From: Octopus vulgaris
Lineage: Eukaryota
Assembly: GCA_951406725.2 (NCBI GenBank)
Contig: OX597834.1
Location: 41,044,001-41,108,000, forward strand
Direction of reading: 5' to 3'
Length of the DNA stretch: 64,000 bases
The position numbers were made by a program, and so were the translations under genes. The notes under the pieces were generated by a model. The model ran no database searches, was not told the origin of the DNA, and worked only from the letters and a program-made list of their open reading frames with translations. Below are positions 1-14,950 of this stretch, piece after piece (the first letter of the stretch is position 1; each line of letters begins with the position of its first letter).

Positions 1-330
1 AGCATGATAGCAATGGCTGTAGCTACATATGTTGTAGGTCAACAAAGCAGTGTATGAGTATGTCTGCGTGTATATGAGTAGAGTGTGATGTTTTTATGTA
101 GATCGGAAAGGTTTAACAAGTGTTTGAATTTGCATAACATAAAAATGACTGTTGAAGCTGCCAGTGCTAATACAGAAAGTACTACTAATCATCCTGAGCA
201 CCTGACAAACAAGCAAAAAGGATTACCGAAGGGGGCTACACATCGAAGCAAGTATACAATGCTGATGAAATTGCACTTTTCTATAAGTGTATAACTGCTG
301 GAACTTTTATATCAAGAGAAGAACATTAAA

Positions 331-456
331 CAGCTGTAGAAACTCTGCCAGATCAAGATTGGAGCCTGGTGCAGCCATCTGGTTCGCCAGCCCTCAGTCA
401 AACCGTCCAACCCATGCTAGCATGGAAAGAGGATGTTAAACAGTGATGATGATGAT
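331..456 (+). mobile_element. 3' part of (ATG)n-tailed SINE / RTE-tail repeat family
   Basis: cagctgtagaaactctgccagatc...ccgtccaacccatgctagcatgg...gatgatgatga; the same body recurs about 10 times in the window. Confidence 0.75.
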
Positions 457-1389
457 TACAAAGAGAGTTTACAATGGGCTCAGATTCTACACTGAGCTGT
501 ACAAAGAGATGATGCATCATAAACAAAGAGCTTTGGATAAGTTCTTCACTCTTTGAATAAATTTTTGATGATGAAGAAGATAGCAGAATAGTCTCTCTCA
601 TTCTCTCAGTAACCTTCATTGACTATTGCAATTTCTCACACAGTAGTCAACATCTTTTGTGATAAGAAAGTCCACTGTTACAACACTACAATTCTTATAC
701 ATTCCCTAACATATTCCTCTTCAAATGTTTTTATGAATAAATATTGTACTGCTTGTGGTTGGAAATTATTCCCAAACATAAAAGTGTTGTTTGTTTTGTT
801 ATTGTTGGGGGTTGAATGCATTATCATTTCATAACGTGAAAATCAATAGGAAAATTTATTTCACATTAAGGGCAAGATTTCCAGGAACACATTACTCCTG
901 TAATGTGGAGGATTGCACACAGTATATAGATGAATATTTAAAAACACATTATCATCGTTTTAATGCCCACTTTTCCATACTCATATATGCATCAGATGGA
1001 ATTTATTGAGGCAGATTTTTAATGGCCTGACATCCTTCCTGTTGCAACCCTTCACCTCTCTCCAAGTAGGGCAAAATTTTCCATGACCAGACGTATTTTC
1101 ACAGAAAACTGAAAACAAAGAACACTGTTCTGCTTGCACAATGGTGACACAACTATCAAGTGATGTCAAGGCAAGATAAAAGTACATCTATATATATATA
1201 TATATATATATGTATATAAAATACAAAATGGGACAAGAACGCAAAACATCCAAATAGACGATCCAAAAAACACGGATGGGTCATTCGAAGCCTTTAATCT
1301 TCAGTCAAGAACCAGATCATCCTCGCAATTTCGGCTGATTAATCTTGAGATTGCTCCAATCTGACCAGCCCCAAGGAAAAACTAAGCTA

Positions 1390-1619
1390 CATACATATAT
1401 AAGCATACATATATATATATACATACATATATAAACATAAATATATATGCATATATATATTATATATACAAAGACAAATATATATACATGAATATACATA
1501 CATACATACATACATATATATATGTATACATACATATACATATATATAAACATACATACTTATATATACATATATATGTATACATATATATATTATAGAT
1601 GTAAATATATATACATATA

Positions 1620-1662
<43 letters not shown>

Positions 1663-1680
1663 AACATTTATATATACTGC
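1390..1680. repeat. (TA)n/(TACA)n microsatellite
   Basis: Directly visible; gives rise to spurious YI/CM ORFs. Confidence 0.95.
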
Positions 1681-1689
1681 TCTCAACTA

Positions 1690-2130
1690 TGGTCACCCTA
1701 CATTGTAGGATTTATAGAACTTGAGGATGTTCAACGATACTCTACGAGGAAGACTGCATGATTGGAACGGCTGAGCTACTGGGAGAGACTGAAAGAGCTA
1801 CGACTCTACTCTCCGGAGCGGAGAGGGGACAGGTACTCAGCGATATATCTATGGAAGATACTGGAGGAGCTGGTACCAAATTTTGTAATTGAGAGTTATA
1901 CCAGACCTCAAAATAGACATCACTGTTTCAAAAGTCCCAGCTTTCTCAGGTAGGGTGAGGACCATGTGCTGCATTAGCTTATGACTCAAGGGCCCACAGC
2001 TACTTATCTGCTTCCCAAAAGAGGGCAGCAATATCGAACTCCCTCCTTCACTAAAAAGCCAAAACTCATGGAACTGGTTAATTAAAAGGTGATTACAATG
2101 GCATGGCTCCAGCCTCAGGCCTGAAACATA
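1690..2130 (+). mobile_element. CR1/L2-type LINE 3' relic
   Basis: [31 protein letters not shown] resembles the post-RT C-terminal motif of CR1 ORF2 (LSYEERLxxLxLxSLExRRxRxDL). Confidence 0.7.
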
Positions 2131-2137
2131 TAAAGGA

Positions 2138-2178
<41 letters not shown>

Positions 2179-2199
2179 TATATGTGCATACATACATGT

Positions 2200-2232
<33 letters not shown>

Positions 2233-2585
2233 GGCCTGCTCGCTTAGCCAGCGGGGTGGAATCATTCGAAGGCTAAAACAATGCAAACGCATTGTGACCA
2301 GCGATGTGTAACAACATCTGATGATCACGTGATATATATATATACACACACATATATATACACATGTACATACACACACACATATATATATATATATACA
2401 CATATATGTATACACATATACATACATATATATACACATAAATACATATATATAATCATATACATATATATATACGCACATGTGTATATACATATATATG
2501 ATCATATACATATATATATATACACACATACATATATATATGCATACATACATATATATATACATACATATACATACATATATAT

Positions 2586-2619
<34 letters not shown>

Positions 2620-2672
2620 CATACATATATATACATATATATATATACATATATATATATATACATATATAC

Positions 2673-2705
<33 letters not shown>

Positions 2706-2816
2706 CATACATATATATACATATACATATATATATATATATACATACATATATATACATATATATATACATACATATATATATACACATACACATATAT
2801 ATATATATACATACAC

Positions 2817-2849
<33 letters not shown>

Positions 2850-2962
2850 CATACATACATACATTCATACATATATACATACATTCATACATATATATAT
2901 ATACACAGACACACATATATAGATATATAAACATATATATATGCGCATGTGTGTGTGTGTAT
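2138..2962. repeat. Long (TA)n/(TACA)n microsatellite with a short embedded repeat fragment
   Basis: Directly visible. Confidence 0.95.
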
Positions 2963-3300
2963 GATTATCTGTTTACAAGTTCCTTTCCTTCTTTACATGG
3001 ATGACATGTCACCATATTCCCACAGACTCCCACGCTTACACAGCTGACACAAGCCCTCTTTCCTGTCTAACATTACCCAAACATGCATCATCCATTAGCA
3101 ATCTAGACACCACATGCCAAACCCAAACTGATTCCATGACAAGAGACCTGGAAAACAACCTCCAATGGTCCACTGCCAATCTTGTCACTTTCAATATGTA
3201 GGAATCCTGAGTACTACTCATCAAAAAAAAATATCCCGACTCCCTACACACACACACACACTTCCCCTGATTATGAACAACACTCAGCTAGAGCCCTTAA

Positions 3301-3475
3301 CCCTATAGCATTTGAACTGAGCATATCCAGCCCAAATATCCTTCGTTTTATTCTCAGATAGACCCTACAATGTCATTCCAGAAATCAACAATCACATCAT
3401 CAAAATCTCAAGCATAATTAATTAAAAACAATATGAATGAATAAGCATTACTTTTGACAGAAGAATACTAAAAGG
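3301..3475. mobile_element. piggyBac-like MITE (degenerate)
   Basis: TTAA|CCCT...AAGG|TTAA; body similar to 50271-50489 and, inverted, to 18719-18939. Confidence 0.6.
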
Positions 3476-6395
3476 TTAAATTGCTCCAATTTTTGTATCT
3501 CACAATCATAAAGTATCTCTCATGGTAAAAGCACATCATTTAGGACCACATCCCAATGAAAAACCCTTTTCTTCAGAGCTATGAATACTTCAATCCTACA
3601 AAACTCAGGTGAAGCCCACAATGGAGCGTTGCTCTCAGATCTTGGATAATGCTGCTGCTGTTGTTGTTGTTGTTAAGCAACAAGACGGGTAAGGGTGATT
3701 AGGTGATGGTCTAGGGCTTAGGGGCAGGAGACCCCAGACCTTGGGAAAAAAAAAAACTTTGGTCGTCTTGTTGTAGTAGAAGGCTCTTCGTTGACGCCCG
3801 ACACCACTTGGGAGGTGGCCCTCAAAGTCGCTGGAAACGGAGATCTCTAGGTCCAAATTCTTGGATGGCTGCTGCTGCACACAACGGACATCCTAGACCA
3901 GTGGTTCTCAACCATTCTTACCTATGGACCCCTTTGATTTCAGTTTTTCTTGGATGGATCCTCATAACCATTCAATGTTTAAAAATTGCTATTATATTTT
4001 TATCATCAAATATTAGCAATTGTATAAAAGATTTGTCAAAATATTTTGTGCATTGTAGAAATATAACCAATTTATTACACACAATTTTTAACAACAAAAT
4101 ACGACCCCTGCAAGAATCATATGGGCCCCTGTCCTTGATTGTATCCAGAAAATGGCCAGTCATCTGCCTGACATAAAGTCACACACTAACAATCTCCAGC
4201 CACTGACCCAACAAGCATGCTGTTTCTTTTCACTGCCTTTTCTGCTGTTTTAAACGGTCTCTACTCCATAAATGTAGCTGTGCTCATCATACCACCTCAA
4301 CTCAAGTACTCCTGTCCTAAATGTCTCTCTTCAACCTCGTCCTTTAGTGTCCGACTCCCTAGGCCCGACTTCACCCATTTCTTCCACCCTAGAATGTCAA
4401 CCCTCAGGAATTTCCTTTCTGTTCCTATCTTTTCTATAAATGTTAACTTATTCAAGATTCAAGAGGAACACTGATAACAATCTTTCCCCTTCCTCGAGAC
4501 CTAGTAAATAAAGAACAAATCTACGTATATGCACATACACATAAATACAGACATATATAAATATATATTCACACTTAAACACACGTATATACAAACCTAC
4601 ATATATACATATAGGTTATACACACATACGCAATAAATATACACTTATACACACAAATTGTGTGTGTATTGGTCCTGGATATGGCCAAAATGTCTTTAAT
4701 CAGAGGTCATCTCGGACAGTAATGAGCAGCTCCTCAAATTTAGAGAAGAATTGTTTAATGTTTACTTGCTAACAATTATAGTGTTGCACGCGAATGCAAA
4801 ATCGCCCATCTTCGGTGGTAAGGCTATAATACTAACAACAAAATTGATATACTGTCACTAAAAATATACCTACACATACATATACCTACATATATATATA
4901 TATATATATATATGTATGAGCGAGGTGCTCGTACCTATTAAAAGAAACACACGAATATTATTTAGACAGAGAGGGACTAAATAGGAAAGACATTTTCCTG
5001 ACCTAGAATCATATCAACTGACAACAGGCTGAACTTTAAAGAAATCACACACAGTACACAAAGACAATGTGTGGAGGGAGAGAGAGAGAGTGTGTGGTGT
5101 GTGTGTGTCACTATAAACTCAATCCCCAAATACAGAGGGAACAAGACACAGTATGAGCATGGTGGAACGTTAATCTCTTCTCTAACAAATAAGGAGAAAA
5201 AAAAACCATATTGCTAAATCTTTTTCTTGTGTACAATCAGTTCCGTGACGTTTGGCTGACTATACACACACTACCAGGTGCCCCCTCCAACACACACACA
5301 CCCTAACGAGGATAAGTATTTATATACAGCTGTTGTCAGGGCTTATCAAGCAGAAGTATGTCAGGGCAGATCGAGCAGAACTGCAATCAAAAACATCCTG
5401 TCTTTTTGTTTATAGTGGACAATGTTTCCCTCTCATTTCTAAGACAGTAGTGTGCGATATGAGGGAGATTTAACTGCCATTTCTAATACGCTGAGCGACC
5501 ACATTAGCTCAAAGTTTCTAGGTTGATGTCGCTCCCCAGATTAGCAGTAACGGAGCAAATGCACTCCTTTTGTGAACTGCCTGTCTTATTTTATTTTAAT
5601 ACCTTTTTTTCTTCAGTCAAATCTGTGACTACCTAAAACAATGAATCCTGCTTTGTTTAAAGAGGTAGAGTGTGATTTGATGGAGATTTTGATTCTATTT
5701 CTAACCTTTCAAACAACCACTGAGTTGGCTAATTAGTCCCCTAATGTTTGCGGTATTGGGCGAGAGACATGGGAAAGCAAGATTATTTTACACTATACGA
5801 ATAAGCCGACAGAAGGTATAATTGTAGCCTAAAAAAAAACCCCTAGTTTGTATTTTTGGAGCGTGAGATATGGCTGTGTATTTATCAGGTAGTCTCCCCC
5901 ACCGCCTTTCTAAAATAAATACCTGTACAGTTCCAAGTAGCCCCGATTTTGCGAGGAAGTAGGTAGGTACATGGGCAGTAGGTACAAATCTAAGTAAATC
6001 CAAGCCTAAATTTCCATTGGATACCTGCATATTCTCAGTTTATAAAAGTTGTCGAGGTCTCTCTCAAGACTGTCGAAGTACCTTACAAATTATGTGTTAT
6101 TAGGGATCTGTACATTTCTGTGGAGATGCGGAACAGCAGGGGGTCATCAGACATGCGTACCATATTCTAAGCAGCCTCTGATATTTGTAGGGATCACGCT
6201 AGTTAGCTCTGTATGTGTGTGTAAATATACAAATCTCCACATACAGTGACACGTATATACGTGCGTGTGTGTGTGTGTGAATATATATATATATATATTA
6301 GAAGAAATGAGGTACTCAGAAGATCGGATGGTTTATATTTACAGATATTTATTTGTATATTACATTTTATATATATATATCATATCACTTAGATC

Positions 6396-6432
6396 ATTAG
6401 CGCTTTCTCCCATTCTAGTGGGGTTTTCAAAT
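6396..6432 (-). ncRNA. Degenerate minimal hammerhead ribozyme motif (U3-A8 core)
   Basis: Minus strand: TTGAAAA-cccca/ctagaa/tggga-GAA-AGCGCT(palindrome)-A. The first pair of helix II is mismatched and the 5' strand of helix I is replaced by (TA)n. Confidence 0.4.
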
Positions 6433-8367
6433 ATATATATATATACACATGAATTTATGCATATATTTACAGGTATATATCAATACACATATTAAGCCAA
6501 TATGTGTACATGCATTCCGATATAGATATGCACATATATATATATGAGAACTAGGGACATTTTCCCACCTTCATACTAATACGTTCGATATATGCCTTGA
6601 AAATACACACATTACCCCAGCCACACTAAACATTAACATAGACACGGGGAAAAATAGCACACCTTACTAACAACAACTTCACCAACTCACACAAACCAGC
6701 TGTACTAACACAACTACACGAACATATATTTAACACAGCTGTACTCACAACTGCCACACTTACAACTAAACACACATGCACACAAACCAGTCTACATTAA
6801 CACTCCATCATGCCTACATTATCAGCCGCATTAAACACATTAACGCAACTATATATCAACATTTAACACATTTCTCACACGACACAGCAACATTTTAGCA
6901 TATCCACACAGCAACACTCAACGCATTTTATATATTAATATGTCCAAAGCGGCAGTCGCTGGATACAGCCACCATGGGACACACCCAGGGAATTTTACCA
7001 CCCAACACTGGTTAAAGTAGACCAACAGAATGTTTAACCAAGCAGAGGTTTTTTGTCAAGATACACGTACGTACACACACACTAGGTACTCTAGCAGGTT
7101 GACAACTGCATCAAGCACTTGCGTTGGTACGCTCGCTCGCTCTCTCTCTTTCTTTCTCGCCAATCTTCCTCCTAAACTCAATACATCGCAACACTTTTAA
7201 AGTGATGTAGTGGGTGGGTTTGTGTGTAGCAGGCACTGGCAGCCTTGTGAATGAAGCAGAGAGACTGAGAACGGTCAGAGAGAGAGAGAGGAGAAGAGAG
7301 ACAGACAGAACGGTGGAAGGCAGGGAGAGAGAGAGCAAGAGCCAGGGAGAGAAGTAGCAAGACATGCAGAGAGAATTAAAGAAACGGAGAGAGAGAGAAA
7401 CGGGAAGAAACGGATAGTGTCAGAGAGAAAGAAAGAAAAGCAGAGACAGACACAATGAGAAGCAGAGGAAGACAGATGAAGAGATAGAGACACAGATAGA
7501 AAGCGATGACATATATAATGTGCGTGTGTAGATAGAGAGAGAGAGAGAGCGAAAATGTCTTCTGGGAGGTGACATCTACAAAATGATGATGGAGGGAAGG
7601 TTGTCATCAAACGATGTGATGAGCGAGAGAGAGTGATGGAGAGATCTGTTGTGAGACAGGCCTCAAAGAGGAGATCGTTTACAGTTGAGTAACAAATATA
7701 CCCACCGAATTCTCTCAAATATTGTTCATGCTAATCCTGTCTATAAAGGATGGCAGAGCATGCAAAATAGGATGATGACAGCACGCCAACTTTTGAAATA
7801 ATTCATCATACAATCATATTTTATGCGTGTGTGGGTAATCCCAGTACGGAAATTATGCAGTTTACCTGCAAATTATCGAATTACTAACATAAATGTACAT
7901 GTATATATACACAATATATATATATATATATAAAGAAAGAGAAAGGTGGGGAGAGAGAGAGACTTAGTCGCTTTTTATTTCGATTTGACAAGGGAGAAAA
8001 CATTACAAAACGAAAAACAATAAACAAGATGTATCGACAATGACGATGATCTACCTGGAATTAATAAAGTGGACGTTTGTGCATCCGTGTGTGTGTGTTA
8101 CTTATTCTAAGGTGTGTATTAACACGTTAAGAACACCGTGAAAGCCTCTACGTGGTCGCTCGAACGGTTAGAAATAGCAGCCAATCTCCGTCAAACCACA
8201 CCCCACTAGGAAAGGCAACATTAGATAATGCAGTCGGAGATATTCCCTAAAAAGACAGAATGGCCCAGACTGCAACGCCTTTGATTACACACAGGTCTGG
8301 TCATTCAGTTATTGACTCGCGGCTAAACATCAACATTATATATATGTATATATATATATATATATAT

Positions 8368-8402
<35 letters not shown>

Positions 8403-8975
8403 CACACACACACATATATATATACAGACACACACACATATATATATACACAGACACACACACACACACATATATATACACAGACACACACAGATATATA
8501 TATATATATGTATGTATATACATATATATATATGTGTATGTATGTATATACATACATATATATATGATAATTAGTAATGACTTGTTATTTTAGGATAGGT
8601 ATTAGCAGCATTTTAATAAAATCAATGTTCATTATATATGTTATGACTGCGAATACCATTCATATGGTATCATTCGTGATGTCACATCACTTAAAGGGAG
8701 ATGCACGCCACCCCAGAGTAAAGAATTCTTATACACACTCACACACAAAATACACACACACACATCAGTGATTCTCGGTCGCCACCCGATCGAGTCACCC
8801 TTTCTGATATCAAAGAGTCTCGAGAGGTGAGTGTCACTGTCACCTGTTTTTTGTTGTGTGTTACTTTTTGTTATTTTTTTTCCAAGCACTGTCATATTAA
8901 TTAAAACTGTCTCTTCAGTTTGTTAGGGTGTGCTATGTACAGGAAATTACATAGATCAGTGCTTTATATATATAC

Positions 8976-9006
<31 letters not shown>

Positions 9007-9322
9007 ACATATATATATGTGTGTATGTATATAAGATCGAAAGAGGAAGAGTTAAAGAGGTGTGTCAAAGAGATAGAGAGATGACAATGTTAACTGATGG
9101 AGGGGGGTAATCAGAAATGGTGAGAGCACTATGCATGCATATGTGAGTGTATGTATATATATATATAAATATATACATGTATATCTAACGATGTTATGGG
9201 GTATATATATATTTATTACCTCTAAGGAAACATTGACAAAACATACACTTCATATATATATATATATGTATATATACATAGACACACACAGAGAGAGAAG
9301 AGAGAGAGATTGTGCAACAAAC

Positions 9323-9535
9323 CTGTGACATCTGAGGTCTCTGACTGAAATCCTTTAAGTCCAGACAAGCTGGATTCAAATGGTTTAGCAGGTGACATAT
9401 TATTACTCCGTCTCGAAGAGCTTGTGCCAAGTCGAAAATCTGGGCTTGCGGTGAATTGGCCCGGTGTTCCTTCGGTAAAACCTGACAGCGGACAAGCCAC
9501 TGGACACACATACACCAATCTTCTTGACCCGCCAT
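9323..9535 (-). CDS. vav: Vav-family guanine nucleotide exchange factor, coding exon 1 (N-terminal CH domain)
   Basis: MAGQEDWCMCVQWLVRCQVLP...DLAQALRDGVIICHLLNHL...RPQMSQ matches the Vav N-terminus (WLIxCxVLP...LAQALRDGVLLCQLLN...RPQMSQ). There are 71 codons, then a phase-0 GT donor (cag|gtttgt) right after QMSQ; good Kozak context aagATGg. No further Vav exon was recognised in the window. Confidence 0.95.
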
Positions 9536-9769
9536 CTTGGAATAACCGCCTCCCCTTCTCCTGCTTTTCCCTCTCTACCTCTTCCTTCTCTTTTGTCTCC
9601 TCCTCCTCCTCCTTCTCTACTTCTTTTTTTCCCCCTCTCCTTCGCTTCTATCTTTTTGTCTTTTTCATCTTTTTACACCACTTTCTTCTTTCTCTTTTTT
9701 CTTTTTATTATCTGATTTGATTCTTATTCTTTCTACTTCTACTTCTTCTCTCTCTCTTTCTGTCGTTCT

Positions 9770-9970
9770 CTTTTTCTAAGGCCCGGGAAGCGGAATATGA
9801 GAAAAATAATTCGGTCATTGATGAAACACTGAGTGGGTCGTAACCGGAGAAATTTCGCTCCCTGACCGGGCGCAGTTCCGCAGAAATCGTAACAGCGGGA
9901 GCAACAGACTTCCTTTCATTCTCAACTTCGTCTCTTTACTGTTTTTTTTTCTTCTTTTCTACGCGGAAGG
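9770..9970 (-). promoter_or_regulatory. Putative vav promoter / 5' UTR (CpG-enriched island)
   Basis: Local CpG enrichment just upstream of the vav ATG and of a purine-rich (minus strand) leader; the TSS cannot be determined from sequence. Confidence 0.45.
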
Positions 9971-12567
9971 AAAAAATTAAATGACGATTTATGTTTAGAT
10001 TCCAGTTGTAATAATAATAATAATAATAATTTTGTGGGAGGTAAAAGTCGATTGGTATTTAATTGGTTGGGTATTAGTTTTCTCTTTAATGCTTTTCTTC
10101 GGAAAAAATATAAAATCGAGATAAATTTCTCTCTTTCTCTTTTTGCTTCGAAAATAAAATAAGATTTAAATCTCTCAACACTGAGTTAGTAACAATAGTA
10201 CTTTGGAATAATGGAATTAACCGATTCCGTCATTCGCGTGCATGTGCGTGTGTGCAAAAAGGAGAGAAGGAAAAAAATAAGATGGGCAATTATATATTGG
10301 GGAAAAGAATTGCTTTTAATGTAATTCACTTGCTTCTTTTCTTTTACCTTAATTAGTTGGTGTCTTTGGTTAGTGTTTATTTCTTACAATCGTTAAGCTA
10401 GCCCTAAAAAAAAAAGAAAAATTATATTTTTTGAGTAATTAAATAAAAACTAACAAAAATCAATAAATCTTATGATAAAGAAAATTCTATTTTGATTTTC
10501 TGAAATGAAACTAGAATAGTTTTATTCCCGATGATTTGTAACTTTTAAGCACAAGATCCCTAAATTTGAGTTGGAGGAACAAGCTGATTCCGTCGCCCCA
10601 CTAATGTCTTAACAAAGCTGTATATATTTTAAGGGGAGTATTATAATTAATGAAACCAAACTCAGTATTTAACCGATGCTAATAATTTGTAGCTCAGCGA
10701 CAACAGACCAACAATTTTAGATCATAGTAGTCAAATCAACCACAGTATTTGACTGGTACTAATAACTGCTACTAAAAACTAATAATAATAATAATGGTTT
10801 CTTCATCAGCTACTAGGGTTCGAAACACAATGGATTTATCTTTTTAAACTTATACACAAATTTTCAGGGGTGGGTAAAGTCGACGAGATCGATGAGTATT
10901 ATTAGACCGGTACTAATAACAATAATAATAATAATATTAGAGAGACGGGAGAAATCGGGAGCAATTTCTGGTTTTGAAAATGGCCCTGGTAAATAAAAGA
11001 AATGTCGTCAGAGGACCCTCCTCATGCAGAACCGTGTGAAAAGAATGAAACAAATTAGGTGAGCGGAAGAGAGAAAAAAAAAGGAAAGCGAAAAGGAAGG
11101 AGTATGAAACGAGCTGTATTCTTCTATGTGTTTCTTTGACAATGAAGTGGGGTGGAAACCTAAAGCACTCTGCCGTTATCATCTCAATCATCGTCGTAAT
11201 GATGATGAGGATGATGATAGTAGTAGTGATTGAGGTAAACTCCTTTCGCAAGGTGTTTGTCAAAATGTATATCTTGTGCACGTGCTCTTTCTTTCTCTCT
11301 CTCTCTCTCTTTCTCTTACTCTTTCGCCGTCTTTATCTATCTATCTGTCTATCTCAAGAAATAGTTGCACACTGTGAGAGAGAGAGAGAGAGAGAGAGAT
11401 TGGAGGAGAATGGGGCAGACAGAGGGGGACAGACAAAGTGATGGAGTGACAGTATAAAAGAGAGAGAGTGGTGAAGACAAAGAGAAGAAGTGTGAAGCTG
11501 AGAGAGGTACAGAAGCGAGTGAGTATAAGGCAGAGGAAGAGCAGAATAGATGGGGGAAGTGCTGAGGGGAAAGCAAAAAGCGTGAGGAAGAAGGGAAGAA
11601 AAGCCTGACAGGGAGTTAAAGACTGACAGAGTAAGGGAAAGAGAAACAGACGGAGTGAGAAAAGAGAGTGAGGAGGAAGTGTCACACAGACAGAAAGGAA
11701 AGAGAGATAGAAAACCCCTGAAACGGCTAAAGTGTCAAATAACCCTACTTCCGTCACCACCGACTGACTTTTTGTTCGATCAAATCTCAGGCCAAGTTAT
11801 GTAGGGTGTCCGAGGGGCTGCGCACGAGAGTCAACCACCGACTTTTACCTTCCTTTATAATACAAACAATAACAACCTCAACCGACATAAGAATCTCTAC
11901 ATCGTCGTGTTATCTACTAGAAATAGCAGCCGAGACTCCCTTCAACTCATTCATACACTACAACCTTATAAAGAAACGGTTGGGTAATGTATTCCTGGGT
12001 TAGGCTCTGTGGCACTTAGGGGAAAGACAGGATGGTTGCGTTTGTACTACCTTTGATGATAGGTCCGCACGATCACGGTTGGGTTGGGCTGCGGTTAAAC
12101 AACAACAACAACAGCAGTGACAACTACATGTCTTCAGTCCTGACACTAAAGCATTGGAAGACAGACAGAGACGTGAGTGACACGGGTGGAGAGTGGGGGG
12201 GACATATTCTACCCCACCCCCACCTTCACAGGTTTAAGGCGTTGTTGCTTTGCCGTAACAACCAGGCTATCTTCTCCCAGCATTGTTTCTACTAAATAAA
12301 TTACATCCATCTACCTACCTACCTATCTATATATGTATCTATCTACCTCTCTGTACGTATGCACACACACAGATATGCACGCACACGCATCATACATCCT
12401 GTCTAGCTTTTATTCTTCGTTCTCTCCATGAATATATATGTGTGTGTGTGTCTGTATATGTGTGTATATACCGGAGTAAGCACATAAATGTGAAACAAGG
12501 TGGAAAAAAAGAGTACTCAAATACCAGAGGTAGAGTAATATGCTTTATTTAAAAGCAACAAAAATAT

Positions 12568-12620
12568 AACAAAAGCTGTTACTCAGAGTTTCACGTTCCC
12601 ATTCGTCGGACAGTTTTGTT
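12568..12620 (-). ncRNA. Minimal type-I hammerhead ribozyme motif (C4 variant) in a Penelope-like terminal repeat
   Basis: Minus strand: aacaaaactgt-CCGACGA-atg/ggaa/cgt-GAA-ACTCTGAGT-A-acag(c)ttttgtt. Helix I is 11 bp with one bulge, helix II is GNRA-capped, helix III is near-palindromic and the triplet is GUA. Confidence 0.6.
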
Positions 12621-12699
12621 AAAATAGAACCTATATAGAACATATATATATATATATATATGTATGTATATATATGGGTGTGTGTATGTATGTATTCCC

Positions 12700-12742
<43 letters not shown>

Positions 12743-13745
12743 TTGAAATATATATATATATATACTGAGATATATGTATGTGTATTGAGATGGATAGATA
12801 GATAGATAATGTGCGTGTGTGTGTGTATGTCTGTGTATGTGTATGTTTGTGCGCGCGCGAGTGCGTGTGCCTTCCATTCACAGATCTCTGGAATTCTCTT
12901 TGCTAGACGACGCCAATGATTTAGTCAACTTCAGCGAGGCACTCGGTCTCGTGATTGTGTTAATATATATAATTGTGTGTATGTCTGTGTATAATACTTG
13001 AGTGTGGATGTCTACGTTGGATGCTGAGTCTGTTTCTTTGTGCGTGTGTGTGTGTGTATGTAATACAGTGTACCTTCTACGGTGAGCATGTGAGTGTTAG
13101 TTACAACGTGTTGTGGTGTATGCGTATGATGATAGTGCGTTGTGTATTACCATAGTATAAGGTGTAGACAGATGTTGGTGATTTTGTGGTGTATCTGTGC
13201 GTGACTAAAGTGTAGTATATATATGATTGTGTAATAGTAACATCGTTCGTGTGTAAGTGTGTGATAATACAATTGTATATGCATTCCTACTTTCAAAATA
13301 CCGCTGTGTACATTGAGCGCATGTGTGTATCATACAATGAATGTATGTGTACGTTGCCGTTTAACACCAAGTCAAACTTGATATGCAAGCCTAATTCCAT
13401 CCGTGACCATCCTATCTATTTAAGATCATATAAGACTAACTACATTTTTTTTTAATGTCTTAGAAATAGTAGGATGCGATATTAGAGAGATTTGACTGCT
13501 CTTTCTAGCAGCTCGAGTGACCACGCTTAAGTAGTTCATGAACAGTGCATGTCTAAGTGATCGTGATATTAGTGTGTGTGTGTGTGTGTGCGTGCAAGCG
13601 CGTGTATGTGTGTGTATGTGATTGTACCTGTATGTGTACGGCTGTCACATGAGGGCACTTGTTTTGAGTAACTGTGTGTCTGTGGTTTCTCTCTCAAATG
13701 CAGATTATATGAGCGTGTGTGGGGGGGGGGGGCGCACGCGTGTAT

Positions 13746-13795
<50 letters not shown>

Positions 13796-13857
13796 GTATG
13801 TATATGTTTAGCTATTCATGTTCCTATAACTGAATGTGCAATGTGCGTACATTTAGA

Positions 13858-13895
<38 letters not shown>

Positions 13896-13960
13896 ACAAT
13901 GTATGTATAGTTATATGAATGTATCCACAGCTGTACGTATGTTTAAACTAGTGTGCTGCA

Positions 13961-14003
<43 letters not shown>

Positions 14004-14441
14004 TTTGCAAGTTCATATGCTTATCTATTTGGTGAAAGAGTTTACGTTGTATGTACGTCTGGGTCTTTTATTATAAAGAGTTCGTACATGACTATGTAAT
14101 AAATATAAATTTACATGTGCGTGTGTGTGTGTGCGCGCGCGTGTGCGTATGTGCATGTGCGTGTGTGTGTGTGCGCGCGTGGAACCAATGTAGGAGCAAC
14201 AAGGTGCTTGTAATAGCTTTGCATGCTCCCATGTGTGCGTATCGGTGCGTGAGCCGTGCACAGTAGTTCATGTGACTATGACAGTCAGAGTCTTTCGTTT
14301 GCACTGTGTTGATTATGCACTAAGTATGTGTGTTATTATCAATATATTTATAATAACCCTTTCTGCAAATACGTGTGTATATTTTGATATATCGTGACTA
14401 CATTATATACGCGCATTTTTATATAGCATATTGCGCTCTCG

Positions 14442-14473
<32 letters not shown>

Positions 14474-14551
14474 TTCTTGCTCTCTCTCTCTCTCCAGCTT
14501 GCTCTCTCTTTTCTTTCTTTCTCTCCCTCTGTATTTATATATCTCACACTC

Positions 14552-14950
<399 letters not shown>

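Noticed and set aside
1260-1385. Two CTxAAGA...GAA words on the minus strand
   Set aside because: No convincing helix II or III could be built, so it was not called as a hammerhead.
1317-2934. Long ORFs (up to 361 aa) rich in Y/I/C/M/H/T
   Set aside because: They are translations of TA/CA microsatellites.
6968-7015. Perfect Kozak gccaccATGg
   Set aside because: The ORF is only 13 codons, antisense within the vav intron.
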